Shown: in pieces, positions 1 through 8,903 of the stretch
How positions within the stretch are numbered: the stretch's first letter is position 1
How the letters are laid out: each line of letters opens with the position of its first letter
Assembly (NCBI GenBank): GCA_963677925.2
Contig: CAXXYH010000003.1
Location: 544,001 to 608,000 of the forward strand
DNA length: 64,000 bases
From: Spirochaetia bacterium
Lineage (GTDB): Bacteria; Spirochaetota; Spirochaetia; UBA9216
Direction: 5' to 3'
The notes under the pieces: generated by a model
What the model was told of the DNA's origin: nothing
The model's database searches: none
What the model saw: only the letters and a program-made list of their open reading frames with translations
Program-made: the position numbers and the translations under genes

Positions 1-345
1 CACTGCAGCAATAATCAGATGCTCGGTACCGATATAGTCATGACCGAGATTTCTAGCTTCCTCGGCTGAATCTTCAAGAATTTTCTTGCCGCGTCTTGAT
101 GGAGGCACATCGCCAAGTATCAGTCCGCTGTGTTTTTTAGGTATATTGCGCTCTATTTCAAGCTGAAGCTCTATGGGATCGATATTAAGCTTTTTCATAG
201 CTTTATAACCGATTCCCTCACCTTCCTTTATAATTGCAAGCAGGATATGTTCGGGAAGCAGCTGATCCGAGTGAAACCGCTTAGCTTCTTCCTGGGCAAA
301 TATTGTCAGTATTCTCTGCGCTCTCTGTGTAAGGCCTTTGAACAT
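1..345 (-). CDS. clpC: ATP-dependent Clp protease ATP-binding subunit ClpC, N-terminal part (runs off the window edge)
   Basis: Not in the ORF track. ATG at 345 after GGAGG (351-355) reads MFKGLTQRAQRILTIFAQEEAKRFHSDQLLPEHILLA...LGHDYIGTEHLII, a Clp N-terminal repeat; lies downstream of mcsA-mcsB. Confidence 0.9.
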   Translation of the reverse strand, partial: MFKGLTQRAQRILTIFAQEEAKRFHSDQLLPEHILLAIIKEGEGIGYKAMKKLNIDPIELQLEIERNIPKKHSGLILGDVPPSRRGKKILEDSAEEARNLGHDYIGTEHLIIAAV

Positions 346-363
346 TCCGTCCTCCGTATTTTT

Positions 364-1425
364 CTACAGTTGTTTTTCCAGTATTACCTTTTTTATAAGT
401 TCGGCTCTAGTAAAATCTATTAATGAATCATTGGATGCATCTTCATCCTTTCCAAGCATTCTCTGTATATGTGATTTCTGGCTGAGAAATATCAGCGTAC
501 TGCACACATTCATTGGAAGCTCAAACATTCCAAGCGCGGCTCCAAGCCTCAGCATTGACAGGTTCTGCATTGCTTCGTTTGATCCGAGCAGTCTGCAGTT
601 TGTAAGCAGACCGTATGCACGGTAGACAGTATCTTCCAGTTCAGTTCTTTTCTTTTCAAACAGTTCTTCACGGGCTTTACGTTCATAAAGGCTGATCTGC
701 TGTGCAAGATTCTCCAGCTTTTCAATAAGTTCCTGCTCAGAATGACCTATTGTAAACTGATTTGAAATCTGGTACATGCTTCCGAGTGAATGATCTTCAT
801 CACCCATAAAACCCTTTACAGTAAAACCAATCTGAACAACAGCTTTTAAAGCTTTTTCAATCAGATTTGTTTTAACAAGTGCCGGCAAATGCATCATCAC
901 AGAAACCTTCATCCCTGTTCCGAGATTTCCGACCTCTGTATTGAGATACCCAAGATCAAAAGAAACCGCATAATCAAGATATTTTTCAAGTTCACGATCT
1001 ATTGCATCAGCTTTCTTATAACACTCTTCGACATCAAGACCGCCCCCGAATACCGACAATCTTATATGGTCTCTTTCGTTTATCATACAGGAGCTCAGGT
1101 TATCTTCGCTCAAAGCGAATTTTCTCGATTGATGAAGTGTAAAGTCCTGGGAAATATGATTTCTTTCAAGCAGAATCTTACGATCAAGCGGATTTATATT
1201 ACCAACTTCGTCAGTTCTGAAAATTGTAGCGCCAGAAATTTTTCCAAAAGAATCAGATATCTCAGCCCCTACCTTATCTTCTTCATCCTGCTCCATCTTT
1301 CCCGGATACATATGTCCGTTCAGATTTCTAGAAAGTCTTATCCGACTTGAGATTACAACATCTTCATGTGCACCGCTTTCAGAAAACCAGCCGGCCTTTT
1401 CCTTTATCAGCAGACTGCTACTCAT
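364..1425 (-). CDS. mcsB: McsB-like protein arginine kinase homologue (ATP:guanido phosphotransferase fold), active site degenerate
   Basis: VVISSRIRLSRN, NLGTGMKVSVMMHLPAL and YQISNQ motifs; lies between mcsA and clpC. Probable start is ATG 1425, overlapping the mcsA stop. Confidence 0.88.
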   Translation of the reverse strand: MSSSLLIKEKAGWFSESGAHEDVVISSRIRLSRNLNGHMYPGKMEQDEEDKVGAEISDSFGKISGATIFRTDEVGNINPLDRKILLERNHISQDFTLHQSRKFALSEDNLSSCMINERDHIRLSVFGGGLDVEECYKKADAIDRELEKYLDYAVSFDLGYLNTEVGNLGTGMKVSVMMHLPALVKTNLIEKALKAVVQIGFTVKGFMGDEDHSLGSMYQISNQFTIGHSEQELIEKLENLAQQISLYERKAREELFEKKRTELEDTVYRAYGLLTNCRLLGSNEAMQNLSMLRLGAALGMFELPMNVCSTLIFLSQKSHIQRMLGKDEDASNDSLIDFTRAELIKKVILEKQL

Positions 1426-1930
1426 CACCAACCCCCGCTCTTTTTTCAAGAAGCTTTATACGATCTCTGAGGATAGCCGCCTGTTCATAATCTTCGCTGC
1501 TGATTGCGCTGGAAAGCTTTTCACGAAGGCTTTCCTTGTCGACGAGAAGGGTTTTAAGCGTAATTACCTTTTCAGGGAGCTTGCCGGTATGACGGAAATT
1601 CCCGGCTGTATTCTGAAGATAATTCTCTACATCTTTAATAAACACATTATAGCATTCGGGACAGCCTACTGTTCCGTTCTTTCTGAAATCCTTAATATTT
1701 GTACCGCAGTTTCTGCAAACTTCACTGTCCGTTTTTTCGGAAATCTTGTCAGTGATATCGATAAGTCCGGTCAGAAGCTGTGAAAGAGAGAGTTCTATTA
1801 TGTCCTCTTCACCTGAAATTCCTTTTTCACCGGCGCAGGATGTACATAAGTGAAGTTCTTTTACATCATTACCCATTATCTGTTTTACATGTATAACGGC
1901 GTCATTATCGCCGCAAATATCACATTTCAT
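1418..1930 (-). CDS. mcsA: McsA, Zn-finger and UVR-domain activator of McsB
   Basis: Four CxxC motifs (CDIC, CTSC, CRNC, CPEC) and a C-terminal UVR motif EDYEQAAILRDRI. Confidence 0.92.
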   Translation of the reverse strand: MKCDICGDNDAVIHVKQIMGNDVKELHLCTSCAGEKGISGEEDIIELSLSQLLTGLIDITDKISEKTDSEVCRNCGTNIKDFRKNGTVGCPECYNVFIKDVENYLQNTAGNFRHTGKLPEKVITLKTLLVDKESLREKLSSAISSEDYEQAAILRDRIKLLEKRAGVGDE

Positions 1931-1992
1931 TCAGCCACCTTACATATTAGTTTAATAAAATTTGCGATTAAAATAAAGTGATTTAAATTTTG

Positions 1993-3228
1993 TCAATGTT
2001 TACTGATTACTTCCAACGGCTTCAGCTTCTCAGCCTTTCCGGCAGGTATTACTGCTGCAAGCGATGACAGGATCACTGCAGTAATAAAAACTGCAGCTAT
2101 CTGATAAGGCCTGATGATGACCGGAATGTGATCCAGGTAGAAACCGGCCGCTTCGGAAATCCTGTTAAAAAACAGAATAATACGGTTAATATTCAATGAT
2201 ATCAGAAGCCCGGCAGCAATACCTGCGAATGCTCCGGTAATGCCGGTCACCGCCCCTGTAATAATGAAAGCAAGTCTTATCTGTCCCCGGCCGGCACCAC
2301 AGCTTTTTAAAATGGCAATATCCTGCTGTCTGTCCATAATCATAATAATCATTGAAGAGGCAACATTAACCGATGCAACAACTACGATAATAATCATGAT
2401 AAATAAAAGCAGAGTTCTTGTGGTATTCAGCGACTCATACATACTTCTGTTAAGCTGATACCAGGAATATATCATTGAACCTTTACCAGCAGCACGCTGC
2501 AGTTCTGCACTTACAGTCCCGGAATCAGCATACGGATCTTCAACTTTAGTCTCAAGATGCATTTCGCCGCTGCTTCTGAAAAGCATAGCCGCCTTGTCAT
2601 AATTTATATATGCTGAAAGCGCATCCAGCTCGTAATAACCGGTTGAAAATATGCCTGTCACCGTAAAAACTTCGGGGCGCAGAACAGTGCGTCCGCTGGA
2701 CGTCTGCATGGCTGTCAGCAGTTTCACTTCCTCTCCGGGCGATGTATCAAGAAGCTCTGCTATTCCGCTGCTTATCATGATTGAATTATTTTCATGAATA
2801 TCAAAAGTTCCGCTCTCAATTTCAAGATATTCTTTAAGTCCTGAATCTCTTTCATATATATCATCAGGCAGACCTTTCACCTGTATTCCGCTTTTATATG
2901 ACACAGAGTATATAAGCGCACTGCCTGTATAAACCGGATATGCACAAAGCACACCGGAGATATTTTCAGTTTTTTCGAGAGCTTCAGCGATTTCGGTTTT
3001 ATCAGGTTCATCAAAGAATCTTGTCTGATAATGTCCGGTGCCTATTTCAATAAAGCGTCTTGTAATACCCTCAATCATTCCGGTAGAAACTTCAAGTACA
3101 ACAATAAGCGGAATCATTGATAGAGCAATTCCAACAGCAGCTCCCGCCATCGTGCGTCTTTTCCCTCTGTTGAAGGTCATAAAATTTCTAAGTCCGAGAA
3201 ATACTGAAAAAGCCGGAGAATTCATCAT
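1993..3228 (-). CDS. lolE: Lipoprotein-releasing ABC transporter permease (LolC/E family)
   Basis: MacB-type periplasmic domain plus FtsX C-terminal domain (DIAILKSCGA, IPAGKAEKLKPLEVI); start overlaps the lolD stop (ATGA). Confidence 0.8.
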   Translation of the reverse strand: MMNSPAFSVFLGLRNFMTFNRGKRRTMAGAAVGIALSMIPLIVVLEVSTGMIEGITRRFIEIGTGHYQTRFFDEPDKTEIAEALEKTENISGVLCAYPVYTGSALIYSVSYKSGIQVKGLPDDIYERDSGLKEYLEIESGTFDIHENNSIMISSGIAELLDTSPGEEVKLLTAMQTSSGRTVLRPEVFTVTGIFSTGYYELDALSAYINYDKAAMLFRSSGEMHLETKVEDPYADSGTVSAELQRAAGKGSMIYSWYQLNRSMYESLNTTRTLLLFIMIIIVVVASVNVASSMIIMIMDRQQDIAILKSCGAGRGQIRLAFIITGAVTGITGAFAGIAAGLLISLNINRIILFFNRISEAAGFYLDHIPVIIRPYQIAAVFITAVILSSLAAVIPAGKAEKLKPLEVISKH

Positions 3229-3894
3229 AATTTAACCAGCTCACCGGATGTAAGTTTATATTCAATGCTTCCGCGGCCTGCAAGCTCCATGTCGTGAGTA
3301 ACCATGATGAGCGTTTTACCGTATTCGGCCACAAGTCTGAAAAGCAGTTCTTCAACAATTGAAGAAATTTTCCTCATCAAGGTTGCCGGTAGGTTCGTCT
3401 GCAAGAATAAGCTTCGGATCATTGACCAGAGCTCTGGCCATTGCGGCACGCTGCCTTTCCCCGCCTGAAAGCTGTGACGGAAAATGGTTGAGCCGTTCGC
3501 CAAGTTTTACATGCTCAAGCAGTTCCTCAGCTTTTTTCAAAGCTTTTTTCCTGCTTTCACCGGCCATGTAAAGAGGCATCATTACATTTTCCAGACATGT
3601 AAAATCTTTCAGAAGGTAATGAAACTGAAAAATGAACCCAATAGTTTTCTGGCGGTACCTTGCAATTTCATATTCAGTCATGGTGTTGATTTGATTTCCG
3701 TCAATTTCAACCAATCCTTCATCACCGTTATCCAGACCGCCTATGATATTAAGCAGAGTACTTTTACCGCAACCGCTGCCTCCGGTAATCATAACCTTAG
3801 TGCCCTTCTCTATTTTGAGATCAATATTTTTGAGTATCTGAAGATCCTCATTTCCTGTTTTATAGGCCTTTTTAAGACCTTCTATTTTTACCAG
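3225..3894 (-). pseudogene. lolD: LolD lipoprotein-releasing ABC ATPase, split by an apparent 1-nt insertion (real lesion or sequencing error); probable non-canonical start
   Basis: Walker [27 protein letters not shown] and ADEPTGNLD lie in ORF 3352..3792; the H-loop (IMVTHD) and C-terminus lie in ORF 3225..3503. Removing one T at 3365-3367 gives a 222-aa LolD. The frame extends upstream to CTG 3894 / ATT 3897-3900 after GGGAGG. Confidence 0.85.
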
Positions 3895-3926
3895 AATAAT
3901 CCTCCCGAAATATTATTAAACCAGGT

Positions 3927-5126
3927 CTACTCATACCGCAGAACTTCCTGCGGCATAATTCTTGAAACCCTAGCAGAGGCAGCAGCAGCAGCGGCTATAC
4001 AGAAAATTACAGCAGCTGAGAATATTATTGTAACCTCGGAAGGGACTACCCTGACCGGAACATCAATAAGAAATCCGGCGGTCCTGAGCGACAGTAATCC
4101 AAGTATATTGTTAATATTGAAGGTGATAAGCAGTCCGAAAACCACACCTATCAGCCCGCCGCCTGCACCGATGATAAAACCGTCAATAATGAATATATTC
4201 CTGATATTAGAAGGAGTTGCTCCTATTGCTCTTAGAATACCGATCTCCTCCTGCTTCTCAAAGACGGTTCTGCGGGTGGAATTAAATATTCCGAATGAAA
4301 CCACAAGAAAAATCAGTCCGAGAAGAATAAACATCATATTTTTTTCAAGCTTGAGAGCTCCGAAAAAAGCTCTGTTGTATTCCTGCCAGCCTGTAACACT
4401 TACGGCATCAGAATTGCCTGCGATGTCTGAAATACTCTGTATAGCTGAATTAGTTCTAAAACGGTTTTTAAGTTTGACCCCGTATTTTATTTTTGTAATA
4501 CCATCAAGTACTTCAATATCTTCAAGATTCGTAATCATCAGACTGGAATCAAAATCACCGTATCCGGATCTGAAAAAACCGCTTATTCTGAAATCGGTTG
4601 TAACAGGTCTCATCGCATTGAACTTTCCGCCGTTAAGAGACATTAAAGAGACTGTATCACCAATATTTACCCCAAGCCGGTATGCCATTGTCCTTCCGAT
4701 AATCACAGAACGGTCGTCCTGTCCAAGCTCACCATCGGTTATGTTAAGCTGATTAGAAAAACCGGGGTCCAGAGTCTTAAAATCGGGAGGAATACCCTTT
4801 ATCAGACAGGGCTCAAGTGAATAATCCGTACTTATTATGCTCTGGGTATCTTTGAAAGGCATTACACTTCTTACAGCGGGAAGTTTTCTGATTTCAGCAG
4901 CACTGTCTGCATCGATCCCCTCAACCATCACATGAAAAGATGATATCTCAAGAATATCCTCTATAAATCCCATTTGAAAACCGTTCATAACCGATATAAC
5001 CGTTATCAATGCCGTTACACCGACAGCTATACCTATTCCCGATAAAAGGGTTGCTGTGAATCTTCTGTTTTTTCGTCCAACCTGCATATATCTGGAGGAA
5101 ATAAAAAGAATCCATTTCCTAATCAT
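3927..5126 (-). CDS. lolC: Lipoprotein-releasing ABC transporter permease (LolC/E family)
   Basis: GIAVGVTALITVISVMNGF, EKQEEIGILRAIGA and PQEVLRYE are typical LolC/E motifs. Confidence 0.85.
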   Translation of the reverse strand: MIRKWILFISSRYMQVGRKNRRFTATLLSGIGIAVGVTALITVISVMNGFQMGFIEDILEISSFHVMVEGIDADSAAEIRKLPAVRSVMPFKDTQSIISTDYSLEPCLIKGIPPDFKTLDPGFSNQLNITDGELGQDDRSVIIGRTMAYRLGVNIGDTVSLMSLNGGKFNAMRPVTTDFRISGFFRSGYGDFDSSLMITNLEDIEVLDGITKIKYGVKLKNRFRTNSAIQSISDIAGNSDAVSVTGWQEYNRAFFGALKLEKNMMFILLGLIFLVVSFGIFNSTRRTVFEKQEEIGILRAIGATPSNIRNIFIIDGFIIGAGGGLIGVVFGLLITFNINNILGLLSLRTAGFLIDVPVRVVPSEVTIIFSAAVIFCIAAAAAASARVSRIMPQEVLRYE

Positions 5127-6174
5127 TGCTGCTCCCGTCCGAAATCAAATCTATCACCTCGACAGCATCATCATTTTTATATTTTATTTCGACTGAGGGG
5201 CTGCCGTTTCTGTAGAATATTTCTGAATAAGAGTTTTCGTCTGTATAATTTATCTCTCTTATCCGGTTTCCGTTTCTCATATACAATTCTGAAATAAGTA
5301 TACCCTCGTTATCATATGTAAAAAATTCCTTTTCAACCGTTCCCGTTACTGTTCTGATAATTGAGGCAGTTCTGCCATCATTATAGGTAAAATCAACCGT
5401 TTTAATTCTTAATCCATCTGAATCACGCTTATCCTCTCTGATAAGCAAATTCTCGGAATTGAAAGTCAAAGTGGTAACAGTACCGTCAATATTATTTTCT
5501 ATTACTTCCCTGCTTCCGCGGCTGTCCCTGCTTATATGCCGTATTTTTGTAACAGTCTGATCTTTTTTAACCTCTTCCAGCGTAAGCCTGCCTTCATCGT
5601 CATAAACCAGAAGGCTGCTTTTTTTTGCCATACTGATAAGATAGGCTTTGATATTTCCGCCTGTAAAGAGAAAGGACATCAGTGAAGAATCATCACTGTC
5701 AGCAGAGACTCTTTTTACATCAAGAAGTCTGCCGCCTGCAGAATATGTATAACGGTCGGTATACAGCGCTGTTTCATTTTCATACGAAGTAACCTCACTG
5801 ATTTCTGCTCCTGAGTAGCTGTAAACAGTTTTGAGGTCAGTGCCGTCTGAATTTCTGGATTCTTCCGATATCACCAGGCCGTTCTCTCTGACTGATAGTT
5901 CTGTGACATCAGCTTTAATAAGAGTTTCAACTGACTGACTGCCGGAAAAAGAAACAGTTTTTCTGGAGTAAATACGGCCTTCATGATAGAGAATAGAAAC
6001 CTCTGAGTTCTCATCACCATCCATCACTTCAAGATACCACTCAAATCCTGAAGCTTCATCAGCTTCTGCAGGAGCAAGTCTCATTCCGATCATATTCGAT
6101 TTAAAATAGGACTGTGCTGTGAGTATTCCGGGTATAAAAATAATGACTAAGAATAAGAAAACTTTCTTTATCAT
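5119..6174 (-). CDS. Exported protein with YD/RHS-like beta-strand repeats
   Basis: N-terminal signal peptide; repeated units YTYSAGGRLL, YDDEGRLTLE, FNSENLLIRE, YDNEGILISE; overlaps both ftsY and lolC. Confidence 0.7.
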   Translation of the reverse strand: MIKKVFLFLVIIFIPGILTAQSYFKSNMIGMRLAPAEADEASGFEWYLEVMDGDENSEVSILYHEGRIYSRKTVSFSGSQSVETLIKADVTELSVRENGLVISEESRNSDGTDLKTVYSYSGAEISEVTSYENETALYTDRYTYSAGGRLLDVKRVSADSDDSSLMSFLFTGGNIKAYLISMAKKSSLLVYDDEGRLTLEEVKKDQTVTKIRHISRDSRGSREVIENNIDGTVTTLTFNSENLLIREDKRDSDGLRIKTVDFTYNDGRTASIIRTVTGTVEKEFFTYDNEGILISELYMRNGNRIREINYTDENSYSEIFYRNGSPSVEIKYKNDDAVEVIDLISDGSSND

Positions 6175-7043
6175 TCCCTGAGCATATTCTCTACAAACTT
6201 TTTCTTATCAAATTCAGCAAAATCGCTGTATTTTTCGCCAGTACCCATAAAAGCAAACGGAATACCCAGTTTTGTGGATATTGATACTGCTGTTCCGGCT
6301 TTTGCAGTAGAATCATACTTGGTCAGCACAATGCTGTCCACCTTTACCGCCTCACTGAAAAGTTCTGCCTGCCTGAAACCGTTCTGACCCGTGGTAGCAT
6401 CAATTACAAGTATTTTCTGGTAGTTTGCGTCTGGAGCCTTGTTCGCAATTATTTTATCAATCTTCTGAAGCTCCTTCACAAGATTGGCCTTATTATGCAT
6501 GCGGCCGGCAGTATCTGCAATTATAAGTTTTTCCCCCTTTGAAACAGCACTTTCAATACTGTCATATATAACAGCTCCCGGATCCGACCCGGGCTGCTGG
6601 TGGATAACCCTTAAATTCAGCCTTTCACCGTGAAGCTTCAGCTGATCAATTGCCGCGGCCCTGAAAGTATCACCTGCACTTAAAACTGCTTCAAGCTCAT
6701 ATTCACGCCGGTAGAAGTCAGCCATTTTAGCTATACTGGTGGTTTTTCCTACACCGTTCACCCCGAGAACAAGGATAATATTAAGTCTGGAAGGATCTAT
6801 TACCGGCATTCCGGTCTTTATCATATCCTGCAGTTTCTCCTGAAGAAAGCCTGTAACCTCATCCTTTGCAGCCCTGCATTTTTTCCCGAATTTATCTTTC
6901 AGCATGTCGCTGAGTTCCATAGCGGTGGAAGCGCCGATATCCCCTTCAATAAGAAGATCCTCAAGATCTTCATAAAACTCCTCATCAGAGCCTGAACCGC
7001 TGAATAGTTTTTTAAGTTTAGCGCCTAGTCCGTTAACTGCCAA
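6171..7043 (-). CDS. ftsY: Signal recognition particle receptor FtsY (NG domain only)
   Basis: GVNGVGKTT, DTFRAAA, DTAGR, DATTGQN and TKYD motifs; TTG start after GAGGT. Confidence 0.96.
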   Translation of the reverse strand: MAVNGLGAKLKKLFSGSGSDEEFYEDLEDLLIEGDIGASTAMELSDMLKDKFGKKCRAAKDEVTGFLQEKLQDMIKTGMPVIDPSRLNIILVLGVNGVGKTTSIAKMADFYRREYELEAVLSAGDTFRAAAIDQLKLHGERLNLRVIHQQPGSDPGAVIYDSIESAVSKGEKLIIADTAGRMHNKANLVKELQKIDKIIANKAPDANYQKILVIDATTGQNGFRQAELFSEAVKVDSIVLTKYDSTAKAGTAVSISTKLGIPFAFMGTGEKYSDFAEFDKKKFVENMLRE

Positions 7044-7054
7044 AATTTACCTCA

Positions 7055-8503
7055 TCACTTAATTGACATTTCAACACTGTTTATATAATCAACAGCTTTA
7101 ATTATTGTATCAAAAATCAGAAAAACATTCAGCCCTGTACAGCCCAGATATACAGCGTACTGCGCATACTCTAGAGCGATGATGTCATTCAGGACAGACT
7201 GATCGGGATTTTCAAGCGCCAGCTCGGTGTTATATGCAAAAGTAGACTGCTCAACCGCTGAATATGACATCATGGTGAGCGGAATTGACAGCAGTGCAGC
7301 ACCGAAACTTCCGTAAAATGCGGACTTTTTCTTCTGTATATGAAGCTCCTCATCTGCGGCAGAAGAATTAAGATTAATATTCATTAGCGACTGATCGTTC
7401 TCATGAACAAAGAAAATCTGATCTTTATACCCCTCTTTTTTTATCATAACAGTAGCTGGAAATTCATTTACGGTTATTTTGACGGGAGATTCACCTGCCC
7501 ATACAGAATTTTTATATATATCAGCATGCTGCGGAAATGTCTGGATTGTAAATTCTTTCTCAAGCTGTTCATTTAGAAACAGATTATACTCAAGTCTTTC
7601 ATCCGGACTGGTATTTATGACTCTCTCTTCAGATTTAAAACCCGGCATTCTAACCTTAAGGTTATGGGCACCCGGCAGGAGCATGACATCTGATACAAAA
7701 GATATCCCGCTGAATTTATCATCGATATAAATCATAGCATTGCTGTTGCTGCGCAGCGTCAGAAGCGACCATTCCCGATCTCGGAGAGCAGAAATAATAC
7801 GATCTGCCTGCCTGTCTATGATATCAAAAATATTCGCAGCCGATACTGCTGTTTTAAAACTGTAAACAGGAGCTTCCGCGTACCGGTACCAAAGAACCAT
7901 TTCAAGGTAGACAAGCTCATCAACAGCCTCTATATTTCCGCTGAGTATAAAATCAAGATCATATTTATCAGCCGTTGTCTCTTCATCAATCCTGAATTCA
8001 TAAAAACTGTGTTCATCAGGCCTTTTAAAATCAAGTTTCAGACCTGCTGTACGGTTATAAACAGACGCTGCTTCAAAAGATTCATATTCCAGGTTAAGAG
8101 ACTTTATTTGTTCGAGTTTTTCACTGATTTTTTCATCTTTTTCGATCAGACTGTTTTTAAAATCAAGCTGAACTGAACCGGAAAAAAGAAGCTGATCCCT
8201 TTGTGAATAGAGAGTCTCAAGTTCTTTCCGGGCAAGTTTAATTTCTTCAGATTTCTCTTCTCGGGCCATTCGCCCAAGTTCAGCAGGACCGGCAAAACGG
8301 CTTTCTGTTATTCTGATTTTCTCATATATCCGTGCAGGAAGAGCAGAAGACAGATACGCATTTCCGGAAGAACCGGTGTAACTGAATTCGGTTATTCCGA
8401 CTGACAGGGCTTGCTCAAGATCAAGGGAATAGGCAGCAGATGCAGAAAACAGTATCAGTAAAACCGTAATAAGTTTTCGTGTTTCAGTTGACTGATTTTT
8501 CAT
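7055..8503 (-). CDS. Exported/membrane PEGA-domain protein
   Basis: Signal peptide, two PEGA-like repeats (AMIYIDDKFSG...LLPGAHNLKVRMPGF; PQHADIYKNSVWAGESP...IKKEGY) and C-terminal hydrophobic segments. Confidence 0.75.
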   Translation of the reverse strand: MKNQSTETRKLITVLLILFSASAAYSLDLEQALSVGITEFSYTGSSGNAYLSSALPARIYEKIRITESRFAGPAELGRMAREEKSEEIKLARKELETLYSQRDQLLFSGSVQLDFKNSLIEKDEKISEKLEQIKSLNLEYESFEAASVYNRTAGLKLDFKRPDEHSFYEFRIDEETTADKYDLDFILSGNIEAVDELVYLEMVLWYRYAEAPVYSFKTAVSAANIFDIIDRQADRIISALRDREWSLLTLRSNSNAMIYIDDKFSGISFVSDVMLLPGAHNLKVRMPGFKSEERVINTSPDERLEYNLFLNEQLEKEFTIQTFPQHADIYKNSVWAGESPVKITVNEFPATVMIKKEGYKDQIFFVHENDQSLMNINLNSSAADEELHIQKKKSAFYGSFGAALLSIPLTMMSYSAVEQSTFAYNTELALENPDQSVLNDIIALEYAQYAVYLGCTGLNVFLIFDTIIKAVDYINSVEMSIK

Positions 8504-8903
8504 TATAACCGGCAGCTTTCCTTACTGCAGAAAGGATTCTCTCTGGTTTAAACGGCTTTACTATAAAATCCCTGGCTCCGAGCTGAATCGACTTGATAAT
8601 AAATTTATCCTGTCCCATAGCAGAGCACATTATTACTCTGGCGTTGCCGTCAATTTTCATCAGCTTTTCAAGTGCTTCCAGCCCGTCCATTACGGGCATG
8701 GTTATATCAAGCAGAACGATATCGACCGGATTGCTGTAATACTTCTCAAGGCATTCAAGACCGTTTTCGGCTTCATCAGCAACCGGAATTGATGCCTCTT
8801 CGAGTATTTCACGTATTACGGTTCTCATAAACGACAGATCATCGACTATCATCACTCCGCGTGACAGTAACCCGTCCGTCAGTTTTTCTGCGCCCAGTTC
8901 CAT
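8484..8903 (-). CDS. Single-domain response regulator (CheY-like)
   Basis: MIVDD, phosphoacceptor LLDITMP and FIVKPF motifs; overlaps the prfB 3' end. Confidence 0.9.
   Translation of the reverse strand: MELGAEKLTDGLLSRGVMIVDDLSFMRTVIREILEEASIPVADEAENGLECLEKYYSNPVDIVLLDITMPVMDGLEALEKLMKIDGNARVIMCSAMGQDKFIIKSIQLGARDFIVKPFKPERILSAVRKAAGYNEKSVN

Noticed and set aside
3364-3370. A_AAT_TTC as a programmed -1 frameshift site in lolD
   Set aside because: A -1 shift enters the wrong frame; +1 is required to reach the LolD C-terminus.
3484-4752. 422-aa plus-strand ORF
   Set aside because: Antisense shadow of lolC/lolD; no recognisable motifs or RBS.
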